Assembly: GCA_008632985.1 (NCBI GenBank)
Contig: QPGO01000023.1
Location: 555,681-619,680 of the forward strand
DNA from: Psammoneis japonica
Lineage: Eukaryota
Length of the DNA: 64,000 nucleotides
Direction of reading: 5' to 3'
Made by a program: the position numbers and the translations under genes. Below are positions 49,231 through 63,499 of the stretch, in pieces (positions within the stretch are counted from its first letter, which is position 1; every line of letters starts with the position of its first letter). Below the pieces are notes generated by a model. The model was not told the DNA's origin, ran no database searches, and saw nothing but the letters and a program-made list of their open reading frames with translations.

Positions 49231-49929
49231 GCTTTCCTACTTTTCTCTTTCTAAAGTTGAAGGGAAAACTAAGGCTATGAGCATAGTTTAGTATGGGCAG
49301 AGATAGTCACACCTTTGCCTGTCTCGCCGCTGCTGCTGATGTAAGGGATGTGCATTCGCGCCACTTTTTCTGCTTTATGCCCATTTGGGCTGCCAGCTTG
49401 ACGCTGCATCATTTGAGAGTCTAAGCCGTATTATTCACACACTTTGGTCGTCATCTGAGATTTGTTCATGCTGCTGTACCTATACTACTACCTGATATCT
49501 GATATGATGATGATGGGAGGCTACTCGAGAGAATCACAGAAAGTTGAAGTATTCATAAAGGAGGCCAGCAATGAGATGGGGTAGCAATACGATGTCTGCC
49601 ATCTGTGCCCGGTGTCAGCCTAGCCTAACCTATTCCAAGGGGGATCAACGACAGAATCGTCAATAGGAGTGCCTTCCACATTGTCTGAAGCTACTGAGTG
49701 ATGTTCAAGCAAGCGAGGTCTCCCGACATCTATGTAATCGATGCTTCTACAATGTCGCCATCGACGAGTTGATTTGATGAGTTGAAATCAAATGCAATAC
49801 TGTACAAGTCGTTTGAAATCATCTAGTTGTAGTGGAAACACACAGTTTAATCAGCAAGTTGTAGTTCAGGCCCGCCTGCTGCTGTAATAAATTCAAACTT
49901 TATGCTGAGCGAAGACGCAACGTCGACTT

Positions 49930-50362
49930 CTACTCGTCTTGAACTTCACCGAGGACTTTTCGTGTCTCTGGTGGGAATTTAGAAACCGATGATGCTATGT
50001 ATGGCTTCAGCTGTAAGATTAGTTAGAAATAAAAAGAGAAGGATCGACCATGAAATTAGAAACGTAAAACTTACTAGAAGAAGTGACCGAGAACCGCCCG
50101 TGCTTACCTTGAAGCCTGTCAAGTCGGGAACCACGAGTTGCAGTCTCTTCTTTGGATCGACGATAAATCTTCCTTTACTATTGATTCTACCCTCTTTTGT
50201 GGCGCCTTTTCCCTTGTAGTACCCCTTTCCCGCTCGCTTTGTCGTCAAAGGAAGTCGCTTCGTCGCGGACTTGGAAAGGTACTTTGACATGAATCGTTTC
50301 GACGTTGTGGTGGCTGCTCTGAACCCAACAAACGACCTGAGGCTGATCCAACAAGAAATCAT
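49930..50362 (-). CDS. MRPL41: Mitochondrial ribosomal protein mL41, 2 exons
   Basis: LTTKRAGKGYYKGKGA..G..F...VVPDLTGFK|LKPYI; intron near 50011-50107; TAG at 49930-49932. Confidence 0.88.
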
Positions 50363-51741
50363 CGTTCTTTGTTACGTATAAGCTAAGCTGTTGAATGGTT
50401 GCCGCTGGAATGCAGATGATGACAAAAGCTGAACGCCATGGGCATCATCCACGGCGCGATGATGTTGTGTGACGGCGAACGGCGAACGGCCGGCGAACGG
50501 CGATAGCTAGCGGGCCGCGAGACGTGGCGCAAGGATAGGCGCGGGCAGGTGGGCAGACCAGTCCGTCAGTCTGGTTTTATTTGAGGGTGCCAGACACAAT
50601 AAGCTACCTCTACCGGTAGAGACTAGTCTGCGGTACCTTTCAAACTGCGCAATCAGTTTTCTTACGTTGTTATTCATGTTATTTGTCAGGCAGAGAGTAT
50701 GTTATCGTTTTGAAAAGACCGGGTTAGTTGTCACGCTTCCTAGCGCTGCTCACATGTTGCTGAGAGCTCTACAGCACTACTGTCCTCTCAAAAGCCCAAA
50801 AATACCTTCACGCAGTAACTTAGTTAGCAAAAAGAGTCATCTATCATTTGTCTTACATGGTTTTGATAGGCGTGTAGACGACCATAACTCACATTGTGGA
50901 ACAATGAGGGAATGCTTGCGCAGTGCCACCTCTAGAGAGAGAGAGAGAGAGAACTATCTATTGAATCTGGCTCATGCCTGTATCTAGGTGACGAAGCTTT
51001 TCCACGAACTTGATCCATTCGCCCACGCACTCCCAACATGGGAGGTAGGTATGCCGTTCATTGAGTAGCAAATGTTGCTCGCAAAATTGTGTACGCAATA
51101 CCGGTTTCACAACTGCAACGGTAAGCTAGCTAGCAATGTCACGCAAATGCTTCGTTGGCAACAACGTAAATAGGTTGGGCCTCTGTGAAAGCCGTACTGC
51201 ATAAAAAAGGGTTGTTTTTCGTCTCTTGTCAAATGTATTAGGGCCTATTGTTTGCTTAGTGGCCTACTATGTCCCTTCTATCTACTCTAAGGGACATGTT
51301 CGAGTGAGTTTCCCCGCGCCATGCATTGGAGGTCACGGCAAATTTGAACGATGTGGCTATCGGTAGGACAGTGCCACAAAATGTCCACAATGACTGGTCA
51401 CTCGTGAAGAAAGATTTTGTTATGGTAGTCATGGCAAATTGTGATCCGTTGAGACATCAGTCGCAAATAGTTTCACCCTGGACAGCTTCGAGTTCGGTTA
51501 TCAGGTGGATACAACCAACCGTTTGATTTTGTCAGGATCTTCGGTTTCGTTCAATCTATCCTTTCCACTGTCTGGTGTATAGACACTATGCCTTCTCAAC
51601 GATGAAAGAAAATCAATCAACTTATTCGAGCATGTATTGGTCAAATGTGGCAGGGTGTGACCAAGAGGAAAGTCTATCTTGGGTGAGGCATCAATTAGAT
51701 AAAGCAGACATTATCTTGGGTAAAGGAATGTATGATTTGTA

Positions 51742-52844
51742 TTGATTCGGGACACGAGTGACGAATTCTATGCTGGCACTGGTACTAAGAATGTCTTCTT
51801 TACGGAGATGTACATGGCTTTCCCGCCCAAAATGTTGCGACCGACACTACTTGACACAAGGGACCACCGTCATTGTCTCAGTCCATATTGTTGCGGAGAT
51901 TGCGAAGGACAGCCGCATGGAATGAATTCTAGAATACCTCTTCGTAAACTGAAGGACGCCCCATGTGTCGACCGAGAGCTACAAGAAACGAGAGAGAGGC
52001 ACTTGCGGTCGAGACGAGAGATCGAGTTAAGAAGACCAGCTTCTCACTTTTTGCATGACGGCGGAGAAATTGGTTGGAGGTTTTCCAATCTACTCAAAGA
52101 AGATGATAGACGAGACTACTTTTCCACTTTTCATAGACCTCAGGAAGCTTCAAAGCGACCTCGTCCAGGAACGTTGACTTACGAATTCCCTGGTCCGTTG
52201 TATCCGAAACTAGAGGAGGTTGCTGCGATCAAAGCTATTCCAACAGCAGAGACGGTGTTTGATGAGCCCCATCAAGAGTCGTTTGCGTCAATGCCACGTA
52301 GCTCATTGACACGAGAGAACTCACAGCAAAGCAGGTCTTCGTGCGATGAAAGAGTAGGAGCATTTCGAGAGAATCGTCCACCAGATTATCACAAAAAGAG
52401 CGCCAAGCCTCCTCCGCCACAGTGGGTCCATGAGCCATCCAACCCAGATTTTGATTACAAGTCCGATGGCTCTGGCGAAGACTGGGCAAACCTTCTTCAA
52501 ACAGAAAATCAGACTATCCACGAAACGAAGTAGAAGTATCTCCAGGGAACTATATGGAACTCAGGGGATCGGAAGAAACAATGGCGGCAGTTATGAACGG
52601 GCAAGACAAAGTGGTTCAATGCATAAGCTGCGATTTGCAATTGCGATGTGTTCCAGATGCTGATTATGTTTTGTGTCCCGACTGCCGCGTTCTGAGCCCA
52701 GTGCCTCAATCCGAATATTCTCCGGAGAACACTGATGACGATGAATACATTAGTCCGGTGAACAGACGAACGGAATCTGCAGTTGCAAGAAAAAAACGAG
52801 TTGGCGGTCTCGGCCTCGGCCTCAAGTTGGAGCACCACTGCTGA
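51742..52844 (+). CDS. Hypothetical protein with C-terminal CxxC-Xn-CxxC (LSD1-like) zinc finger; probable frameshift near 52525 joins two ORFs
   Basis: ORF 51742-52533 continues in another frame as VEVSPGNYMELRGSEET...CISCDLQLRCVPDADYVLCPDCRVLSP...GGLGLGL. Confidence 0.6.
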
Positions 52845-53533
52845 CACGATATTATAGAAGCATAAAAGTATATAGTGATGCGCTATCATCATCCACTTCT
52901 TTCAATACCGTTGTTTGTGGGGCGACCCGTGTGGGAGCGAGCGGCCGTTCGAGATGTAGCCTGCGGCCTTGCTAGCTACCGGCAGGGTTCACATCTGCTG
53001 TGTTTCGGTTTCCCTGTCCTGCACATGTACAAAGATAAGCTATGTATGTCAAAGCTGTAGTTTACCCCTCTTCGCACTCGTCTTAGAAGTGCTGGTGTGG
53101 CAGTGCAGTGTTCTCCTCTTGAATAAATGGCCTGCTCGATTGTTCCTTCCTGATCGAACGATGACTCCGGAAGTGATATTTCCAACACACCCTTCATGCG
53201 GACAACGCCAAGGTTCACAGCACGACGACACAAGACAGAAATGTCGCTAGTCCCTAGCAAACAATCCTCATGTTACAACAATAAACTAAAGTCTAGAGTG
53301 CAAACTTTTTACTATCCCGCATCATCATATTCTAGGTTTCTTATGCATGCACTGCAGAAGACAGCCCAAAAAGAATGGTTTTAGCATGGTAAAGGTATGT
53401 TTCCACCAAGTGATATGCAGCAGCCAGCGCACTACACAGAACTGTCCGACATGTTCTAATTCTGTGGCGCAGAAACAAGAGCAAGACGAGTCAGAGACAT
53501 TGACGATTTTAACCAATACAAGTACGACAAGCA

Positions 53534-54216
53534 TCAACAACGTACCATCATGGCTTTGAACTCCTCGAAACTGATTTCCCCGTCCTTGTTTGTGTCCACC
53601 TCGTCCATCATGGCGTCAAGCTCCTGATCCGAAAGCGCTTGCCCGAGCTTCTTCATCAACCGCTTGAGCTCTTTCCTGTCGATACTACCACTTCCATCCG
53701 TATCAAAGACCGCAAATGCATCCCTCAACTCCTTATCGGGATCCACCTCGCCACTGATTCGGGACTTCATCAGGACCAGAAACTCGTTAAAATCAATCTC
53801 GTTGTCCCCATTGTCGTCCACTGAATTGATCATTTCGACTAGTTCTGCCTCGGTAGGGTTCTGCCCGAGTTTCTTCATCACCTGTCGCAGTTCATGAAGC
53901 TCAATGCTGCCTACAAGCCATACGAGCAAATGGAGACAAGAGTCAGGTTTCAACACGAACCAAGTCTCGCAATGACTGAAAAGATTCTCCCACGTAAAAG
54001 GATCCGTACGGTGCGATACCAATACGAAGCCAGCGGGTGACAGACAGGTCCGCACAGGAAAATTCTGCTGCTGAAGTCCCGCAACAGCAGAACTCGTGCG
54101 TTCCTATCCAGATAGTCAACGCGGCTTCACTTCTTACCATCACCATTGATGTCAAACATGGAGAAGGCCTCCTTGAGGTCAGCGACCTCGTCTTCTGTCA
54201 ATGCTCTGCTCGACAT
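53534..54216 (-). CDS. Calmodulin-like protein with four EF-hands; final short exon not located
   Basis: [34 protein letters not shown]...GQNPTEAEL...DTDGSGSID...[13 protein letters not shown]; intron near 53911-54137. Confidence 0.9.
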
Positions 54217-54283
54217 GGTTCACTTCTCGTGTGTGTGTGTGCCAAGCGAACCAACAGGTTTTGTGAAATACAGTATGGGATTG

Positions 54284-54297
54284 CGTAGAAATGTACG
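54284..54297. promoter_or_regulatory. Candidate promoter element CGTAGAAATGTACG, identical to the copy at 57712-57725
   Basis: The same 14-mer lies upstream of both calmodulin genes; the CGTAGAAA core also occurs at 42513 and 57661. Confidence 0.45.
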
Positions 54298-54648
54298 TGA
54301 CGCTTCGATTACGGGTTCTTCTTCAAAGAAATGGAATGCTTCGCGAACAACGAACTCTGATGAGTATAAACTAAGATGCAAATATGCATAAATATTAAAT
54401 CTGAAATAACCGTCAAAATGGCTAAGAATTTTTTATTGCTTTTATCTATGTACATGAATGTCTTCAATAAGAGCTTGTGATGGGCGATGATGGGGCGATG
54501 ACACCGCACCTCATTTTGTTCTTTCGTAGCGACACTTTTGTTGTGTCAACAGCAAACTCCCTTTGCAACAGTGAAGACTGTTGCTGTACGACTCTGCCTT
54601 GTCTTGGTTCTACAGTGGGGAATCTCGACCAGCGCTTACACCACAACC

Positions 54649-56594
54649 ATGTCAATTTCCCCAGTGGTTCTAGAAAAGGCCAAGCAATGGTCATCACAAG
54701 ATCCTAACCAGAAAACTGCATCACGAGTTCAAGAACTCGTGGCAAGTGCTGAATCTGAACAAGACGAGGAAGCAATCAAAACTCTTACGATGCTATTTCC
54801 GCAAGACGACAAGCGAATTGGATTTGGTACTGCAGGATTGCGAGCCGCCATGAATGTTGGTCCTCTTCGTATGAACGACCTGGTCATTATTCAAACAGCT
54901 CAAGGCTTAGCGCGATATTGTTTATCTCAAACCAGCGATGTCGTGAATGTATCAGACCTTCGTGTGGTGGTTGGGTATGATCATCGAGCTAATCCAGATC
55001 TCGAACTTTCGTCGCTTTCCTTTGCGCTACTGACATCGCTTGTCTTTTCAGAAGCGGGGATTGAATGCGTCTTGTTGGATGGATTTGTTCATACACCACT
55101 TGTTCCCTTTTGTACAATGAGACTGAATGCTGCCTTGGGAATTATGATTACGGCATCCCATAATCCAAAAGAAGATGACGGTTACAAGGTGTATTGGAAT
55201 GATGGGTGTCAGATTCGTCCGCCCGTTGACAGAGGGATTGCATTGTCCATTCTCGACAACTTGACTCCGTGGACCGATTATGGGTTTCTTCTTTCAGCTC
55301 TCAAGGAAAAGAATGAGGATGATCCATGTTTGGGTCTGAGTAGTCCCGATTTGACACAACAAATGCTTTCCAAGTATTTCGATTCTATTCAAAAGAGTGG
55401 GCTCGTGACTGGTCAGGCAAAGTTGCTTGACGAGGAGGGGTGGTCGCCACCCCGAGTAGTATACACAGCCATGCATGGAGTGGGACTTGGCGTGGCACGT
55501 CAATGTTTTGAGGCCTTTTCTCTTCCAACCTTTTTGTATGTCCCGTCTCAAGCATCGCCCGACTATACCTTTCCAACGGTTCCGTTTCCAAATCCCGAAG
55601 AAAAGGGTGCCTTGGATCTGGCCAAGGCGTTTGCAGAAGAAAACGACTGCGACGTGGTTCTAGCCAATGACCCCGATGCTGATCGACTTGCAGTTGCTGA
55701 AAAAGACCGCAAGACAGGAGCATGGACTGTCTTTACGGGTGATCAAATTGGGACCATGCTTGGACATTGGTTGTGGCAGACCATGGGCGAAGATAGCAGC
55801 AAGGTATGCATATGCAAGCTTGCATCTCTAATACTGTATCCGATCATCTCATCTTTTTCCTAAATCCTTGTCTTTGCTAGCCCGTTGCGATGTGTGCGTC
55901 CACCGTGTCTTCCAAAATGCTGGCTGCGATAGCCAAGAAAGAAGGCTTTCACTTTGAAGAAACCCTCACGGGATTCAAGTGGATCGGTTCTCGCTCCGTC
56001 GCCCTTTCTGAAGAAGGCTATCGACCCTTGCTTGGGTATGAAGAGGCACTTGGCTTTTGCTGTGGTGATGTGATATACGACAAGGACGGTGTCAGCGCAC
56101 TTGGAGTCATGACAGAGCTTGCTTACAGTCTCTACCACAAGAAAAAGAGTCTGGCATCGCACATGCAGAATCTATACGATACGTATGGCGAATTCGTCAG
56201 CAACAATGGGTACTTCTTCTGCAACAATCCAAATATTGTACAGAATATTTTGCAAGACATTCGAAATGATGGCAAGTACACGACTACGGTTGGAGACTAC
56301 ACTGTAGAATCCATACGAGACTTGGGCGTGCCCGGATTTGACTCTACAACCCCCGACAAGTTACCAACTCTACCTACTTCACAGTCATCCCCCATGATTA
56401 CCATTCGATTCACCAATGGATGCGTCGCACAGTTTCGAGGAAGTGGGACAGAACCCAAGTTCAAGTACTACATTGAAATGCAAGGCCAACCAGGCGTACC
56501 GAGACCGGAAGTGTCGCGTGATCTGGAGGAAATGTCGAAGGTTCTTTTGGAAGAGCTTCTGAGACCAACGGCCAATGGACTAGTGTCTCCTTGA
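54649..56594 (+). CDS. PGM2: Phosphoglucomutase-2/phosphopentomutase, 2 exons
   Basis: FGTAGLR, ITASHNP, NDPDADR, GYEEALG, DKDGV, RGSGTEPKFKYY; intron 55804-55880. Confidence 0.93.
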
Positions 56595-56738
56595 CACATA
56601 AAAGAGCAAAGCTCAATCGATAACATACAGTTCATACACGAAAAGGTTACTAACAGTTCAGTCCTACAAAAGTACCAAGAGCACTCTCCCTCGCCGCCAG
56701 TCTCTTGATATCAAAGACACCCATCAATAGTTGTCTTT

Positions 56739-57708
<970 letters not shown>

Positions 57709-57938
57709 TCACGTAGAAATGTACGACCAACCGGCATTGGGCATGAGCGACATTGCGCGTTTTCAACATACAAAAACATTCATGCATGATAACGTGATTT
57801 ACGTGGATAACCCGGAAACGGTATGTTGGCATCAGAGTCAAGCTCCGAAGGGGGATCGACCATGACGATGATAAGAGCGACGGCAGGTGAATATTCTGAT
57901 TGGCAACTACATGTGGTACCATCTTGAAAGAACTCATC

Positions 57939-58277
57939 ATGACTCTACCAGACAGAACAGGAAATGAAAAACGAATTTATGCTTCATCCTTCCCATACTT
58001 ATCAAGTCAGAACTACCTTCGCGTGACTCGGTGCGACTCATCGCCATCCTCGTCCATAGCGCAACATCAAGAAAAAGAATCGTGCTCGACGTGCCTCTAT
58101 ACAGGCATGGCGACATACACGGGTCTTTCTCTCTACTTTATTAAAATGGCCTTGTTGGATTTGCCGGATAAAACAAGTCCAAAGTTCACTCCTCAGGTAC
58201 AAAAACAGCAAAGATTCTTGCTCCTGTTTGGGGCATCGTGGGCGGTGGTTGGGGCCTATCGATGGCATCTCGGTTAA
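57939..58277 (+). CDS. Small two-TM protein with CxxC, DUF4536/DMAC1-like
   Basis: ESCSTCLYTGMATYTGLSLYF followed by a second helix FLLLFGASWAVVGAYR; start uncertain. Confidence 0.55.
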   Translation: MTLPDRTGNEKRIYASSFPYLSSQNYLRVTRCDSSPSSSIAQHQEKESCSTCLYTGMATYTGLSLYFIKMALLDLPDKTSPKFTPQVQKQQRFLLLFGASWAVVGAYRWHLG

Positions 58278-58487
58278 GAACAAACAGAAAAAGAGACTTA
58301 TGGGAAATGATTTAGAGAAGTGAAGGATGATAAAAGATAGAAACTTATAAAAGAACTTAAAAACGAAGAAACGAGGAATGCTGACCATACAATCTAGTTG
58401 TTAGTTTCTTCAAAACATGTTCTCTAATATTCACTCAGCTATACTGTTCCAATATTCTGTACCTGCGTCCCCATTTGCCTCGTTCAC

Positions 58488-59072
58488 TCAACGCGGTGGA
58501 ATTCCCGGCATGGGTGCCGATGGTGCAGCTCCCGGTGCTGGCCCAGGTGCACCTGCCCTCTGCGGATCGTTACGGAGCAAATACGATGCCAACCATTCGA
58601 CTGGATTTGGAGGACGTTCCTTGACAAGTTCAGACATGCCTAAGAAGAATATGATAAACATAGAGAATAAACTGTTAGATGAAAACATCAACGCTGCCAA
58701 GATATCAAACATACTGCATATCGTATATGCACGAGTCGTACCATCCATCAAAATTGGAACCACAGTTTGATCTAAATAAGCTCGAATAGGAAGATTCCGT
58801 ACACTTGGATCTGTTTGCGGTTTCTTGATTGCCGCCGGAGCCTTGGATACTTTTGCTGGTGGCATTGAGGGAGTGGATGCAGGTGGGATTGAGGACGACG
58901 TTGGTACCGGTGGCATTGCTCCGCCTGGCATCGCGGCGGGATTGAACGGTGCAGGCGCCCCTGTCATGGGTTTTGCTGCTGCCGCTGCTGCTGGCTGTGC
59001 AGTGGAGGATGGTCCTGGAGGTGCAGGAGCAACTGCGGGTGGTGCGCTTTCTTTCGTGTCGTCGTTCGCCAT
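58488..59072 (-). CDS. DPY30: Dpy-30/Sdc1 motif protein (COMPASS subunit-like), 2 exons
   Basis: LPIRAYLDQTVVPILMDG|MSELVKERPPNPVEWLASYLL; in-frame intron near 58639-58741. Confidence 0.88.
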   Translation of the reverse strand: MANDDTKESAPPAVAPAPPGPSSTAQPAAAAAAKPMTGAPAPFNPAAMPGGAMPPVPTSSSIPPASTPSMPPAKVSKAPAAIKKPQTDPSVRNLPIRAYLDQTVVPILMDGTTRAYTICSMFDILAALMFSSNSLFSMFIIFFLGMSELVKERPPNPVEWLASYLLRNDPQRAGAPGPAPGAAPSAPMPGIPPR

Positions 59073-59559
59073 GGTCGAAAGCAACTTTTTTGCGGTGAGC
59101 GTCGCGGCGCGGCCGTCGGCTGCCTCATGCAATCTCCGGGTTTCTTCGGAAAATCACAGCGCGCATCGTTGAATCGTTCGACTTGATGGCATTAGGCAGG
59201 CTGGCCATACAGTATTTGCTACTATCACTGCTCCAGCTCTAGAGAGCCTACTCTAGTAGCTAGAGTGTAGAGTAGAGAGACTGGAACTTACCAGTATCAT
59301 GTAAACTATCTGTAACCAACAACATGTGAAGCACGAGCCTCTTTGCAAGTTTAGTCTTGGCAGGAATCTCAGATGCGGGTCATGTATTGTTGTGAACGCA
59401 GAGACATTTTCTGTACAGCAAAGAAGGTCAGAAAGCTCAAACACTACTAAGAATAAATGTGAATTGTTTACTTTTGGGCTAGGAATACAATGGATCTCGT
59501 TGGATAGGATGCCTTGGGGGCGTGGGCGTTTCGTTGTCTCACATCACGTGGTTCTTCCT

Positions 59560-60621
59560 TCACAACCCAAAGTACCTGCGTGGCTTTCTGTTTGCTGCCA
59601 GCTTCTTTCGAACACTTTCTAGGGGATCGGCCGGAGGAAGGTCTTGGTTAGAAATGTAAAACGGGTGTTTGATACCAGCCAAGAATCGTAACCGCGTGAG
59701 TTCCTCGCGAATCAGTCGTATCCATTCCTTGTCCTTGTCGGCCTTGACTGTAAACTTGCGATCCGACGTGGAAATATCATCCTTGTATAATGGACGAAGA
59801 AACAAGAAATCGCCATTGTCGAGCTCCTTGACCCATAACCGACTCGTCAGATTGCCGCCCATGATCCAATCTGGAAGCGTCGCAGTCCCAATCAACGTTT
59901 GTTCGTCGAGCACCTGTGGGTCTTCCAGTGCAATGAGATTGTCCAGGATATGAGCAAAGACTTGGCTTCGACTCCGTAACCCGCCGTAAAAGTACTTTTC
60001 GATTCGAATGATACCATTTGCCTGTCGCTTGTAAGCCAACCTACCAGCGTCGTCTGTCGGGATGGCGTCCACGGCTGCAGAAGTATCATCAGGATGGTCC
60101 AGCGTCGAAATGTGGGTCCCGTTGACCCATACTTGTGCTGAAGTGCCTGCGTCTTCTTGGAGTAATCCTTCGATATTCTTGAGTCTGTTGTCTTCAATAC
60201 GAGACGCTTTGCCACTCTTCCACTTGACTTGGGTGTGCTTTCCGTTCTGACTCACGGCCTCAATGTCGTCCGTCGTCTTGAAGGGCAAGTCTTTTGCGTA
60301 GCACCATTTGTTATGAGCCTCCACTATCCCTTTGCGGAATGCTTTACCGTCGGCAACGTTGCTTGTCTGGAAGTATGAAATGTGCGAGTCGCCCGCCATA
60401 CCCCATTCTAGACCGTCCGGCCGAAGTATCCTTCCTTGGTAATCACGAAACGTGGAGTGAACAATGAACGACGGTTTCATTCTCAATTTTGTAATTAGCA
60501 TTTCTCGAATCACCCTCAAGAAGATCAAAGTGGAGAAATTTGTGAGCATTTACATGGCGTCAAGTTTTGCCAGAGTCTCATTGTGCGTCTCTCCATAACA
60601 CCGGCGACATGGCTGTTTCAT
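59560..60621 (-). CDS. Uncharacterised ~340-aa protein, 2 exons
   Basis: Exon 1 MKQPCRRCYGETHNETLAKLDA splices through a very short GT-AG intron near 60515-60553 into the long ORF 59560-60549. Confidence 0.65.
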
Positions 60622-60894
60622 CCGTTCTTTGTGTGCTCGTCGGCGAAGTGAGGAAAATGGGAAAATGCCGAATGAGTCGTGAGAAACGTGAGGTGGCGGA
60701 ATGAGTCCAACATGTGTTTTGGAGCTCGCGAGCTCGCATGGTCAGCATTGTGCAACACACGCGCCCAGAATGAATGAATTCCAGAATACACACCATGACA
60801 AAAAACCAAAAGCCAAAACACTGCCGCTCTCCTCCCGCCGCCGCTACTTCTCGCTTATTCCCCAAATAATTTGAACTCACGATAGTAATCACGC

Positions 60895-62911
60895 ATGCCC
60901 TCTCCACCCTGTCGTGTTGTGTTGTTGCTGGACTTGGATTGCTTTTACGCTCAATGTGAACGAGTGCGTTTGGGTCTTGATGGCGATACAACCGAGTTGG
61001 CATTGTTGCAGTGGAACTCGGCGTTAGCCGTGACATATCCCGCACGAAAACACGGCATTAAACGCGGAGACTCCTGGGAAAATGTTCGAAACAAAAGCAA
61101 TGGCTCGTGTTTGGCAATTCACTTGCCAATTCTCAAGGCTGATTGTCCCGTTGTTTCGGACGTTGCAGATGTAGAAGAAGCATACAGACAGCACTATGTT
61201 CTCTCCAAGGAGCAGCGACAGCGCATCATGGATGAGGAAGTTGGTGTGAAGAGATTTGCACACGAAGGGAAAGCTTGTTTAGAGCGATATCGCCTTGCTT
61301 CTTCTCGAATTTTTTCTGTGGTGCTTGATACGCTGAATCGAAACATTGGAAAACACGAATTTGTGCTGGAGCGGGCATCGATTGATGAGTTGTTCTTGGA
61401 CGCTACTGATTATTGTTGGGGACAAGTGAATCAAAGTTCGAATGAGACCAATGAGAGGATTTCGTTGACAGTGAAAGAAACAGTTATAGTAGGACAGCAA
61501 GAAGGAAGTTCGAGTCTACAAGTGGACGACAATGTACGGCTGGCTATGGAGATGGGGTGTGTCGTGGCGAAACAAGTTCGTGACGCTGTCCATGAAAAAC
61601 TCGGATTCACATTGTCGGCAGGCATATCAGTGAACAAAATGGTTGCCAAGCTAGGCGCTTCGTATGGAAAGCCAAATGGGCAAGCTGTAATCTTTCCTCC
61701 AGCAGTCCCCACGGTGAGTAGTAATATCAAAGAATCCTACTACGTCATGTCGAGAAGCTGACATTGGTGATTGAATGTTCTGCAGGTTATGAATGAAACA
61801 AAGATACGTAAAGTAAGGAATTTTGGAGGCAAGATTGGTAAAAAGGTAAAACTTGACGCGTCTTCCGAGGCCAAGAAGATCGTCCTATACGTTACCTAAT
61901 TTTTCTTTCTTTGCTTGCTACACTCTAGGTGCAGGCTTTGCTTCCGACCGGGGAGGAAACAATGGGATCGATTGCTCGGCTCCTACCATTACCGCGTTTG
62001 TGTGAGGAACTTGGTGTTGAGACGGGTAGGATGGTTTTTGACGCGTCTCGTGGTTTGGATTCCGAGGAGGTGAAGGAAACAGCCGGGGCTCTGGTAAAGA
62101 GCATTACAGCCTTCAAATCTTTCTCTCGCACACAGTTAATGTCGGAGGAGATTATCAAATGGATATCTTTGCTGGCGACAGATGTAATTTCTAGAGTCGA
62201 ACAGGACTGTTCACGTAATGAACGGTACCCTTCGAGTCTGAGTGTGCAGTACACATTCTCCAAAGACGGTAAGGAGTTGGCACCGGACTGGATTCAAATC
62301 TGAACCTGACCTTATGAACCATAGCCTCTTACACAGTCTGATGGAATGCCTGTAACCTCTGCATAATACCAGATCGCACGAATGATCGTGTAAGCCGTAG
62401 CGTGAGAATACAATTCCCACGGTTTCACGAGGATAAAAAGAAGGAACTGTTGATGGAGCAAGTCCGTGCAGCTGTGAAAGCAAGAGAGGGGGTTGTTTTT
62501 CTCTACCGGATCGGTTTGTGCGCCTGTGATTTTGAGCCAAGACTTCGAAATGGAATATCCTCGTATTTTCAAAAGGAGGGCGACATGAAAGGCAGGAATG
62601 AACAGGACGTTAGCTCGGCTACTGCAACAACAACTCCGCAGAAGCCGCAGCACCAAAAAGCCTCGCCATCGCAACGTCCCTCAGAGCAAGTCGAGAGAAA
62701 AAGACAGCCCGCAACAGAAGATAGAATAGGGAGCTCCAATATTGTCGATGAAGACATGGAGTACGCTCGGAAACTGCAACAGTCGTATGATCGGGAAAAC
62801 ATGGTGTTGAGCGCGTTGGAAAGAAAATCAAAGTCAAAAAACAGGAGCACGACAAAGGGTGGTTCAAATAAAAAGAAGATGAAGCTGGACAGTTTCTTTC
62901 GAAAGGTGTAG
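60895..62911 (+). CDS. POLH: DNA polymerase eta (Y-family), 4 exons
   Basis: LDLDCFYAQCE, ALAVTYPARKHGIKRG, LERYRLAS, ERASIDELF, SAGISVNKMVAKL..SYGKPNGQ, C-terminal PIP-like KLDSFF; introns 61714-61785, 61846-61928 and ~62269-62372. Confidence 0.92.
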
Positions 62912-63499
62912 GTAACAAAAAACCGTAAAGTCTATGAATCGAGGTGAAGTATTGACTCTGCTCTTTAAAAAGCCGGAAGGAACAGCATCGCAGTTCTCGT
63001 TTGTCTCGTCGTTGTTGTCGTCTGCATTCGCCGTGGCGATCTTCTCAACTGCTTATCAACCAGAACTTCGATTGCTGTCTCTCGGAATTAGCCGCGTCAC
63101 TTCATCGTCTTTCTTAAGTCTTGAGAAAGGCCAATCATAATGTCTACTACCTAATCTACTCTGTAGAGAGAAGCCGTCATCTTCCTTAGCTAGAGGTAGC
63201 TAATACTCTACTAGAGACTAGAGGGCACCAAATCCCCAAGATGGGAGCTCGCGAAGTGCAGGAATGATCAATTGCATATTTTCATCTAGAGAAGTGGACT
63301 ACAGTACCGTAACTGCAATGTGATCCAATATGCAGCATTCATTCCAGCGTACAAAATGTGGACACAGTTGCTGGACTTGTAGGAACGAATCCGTTTCAAT
63401 AACAAACACTAATTCTAACATAAATGACATATAAGTTCACAGCTCTAAGAACCCCTCTGGAAGAGCAAAATCTAGCCACAGCATGATTTTGCAGAGGTT

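Noticed and set aside
33036..50952. Simple repeats: (GTTT)n near 33036, G-run near 34348, C-run near 36865, (GGCGAAC)n near 50474, (AG)n near 50933
   Set aside because: Ordinary microsatellites and homopolymers with no further support for function.
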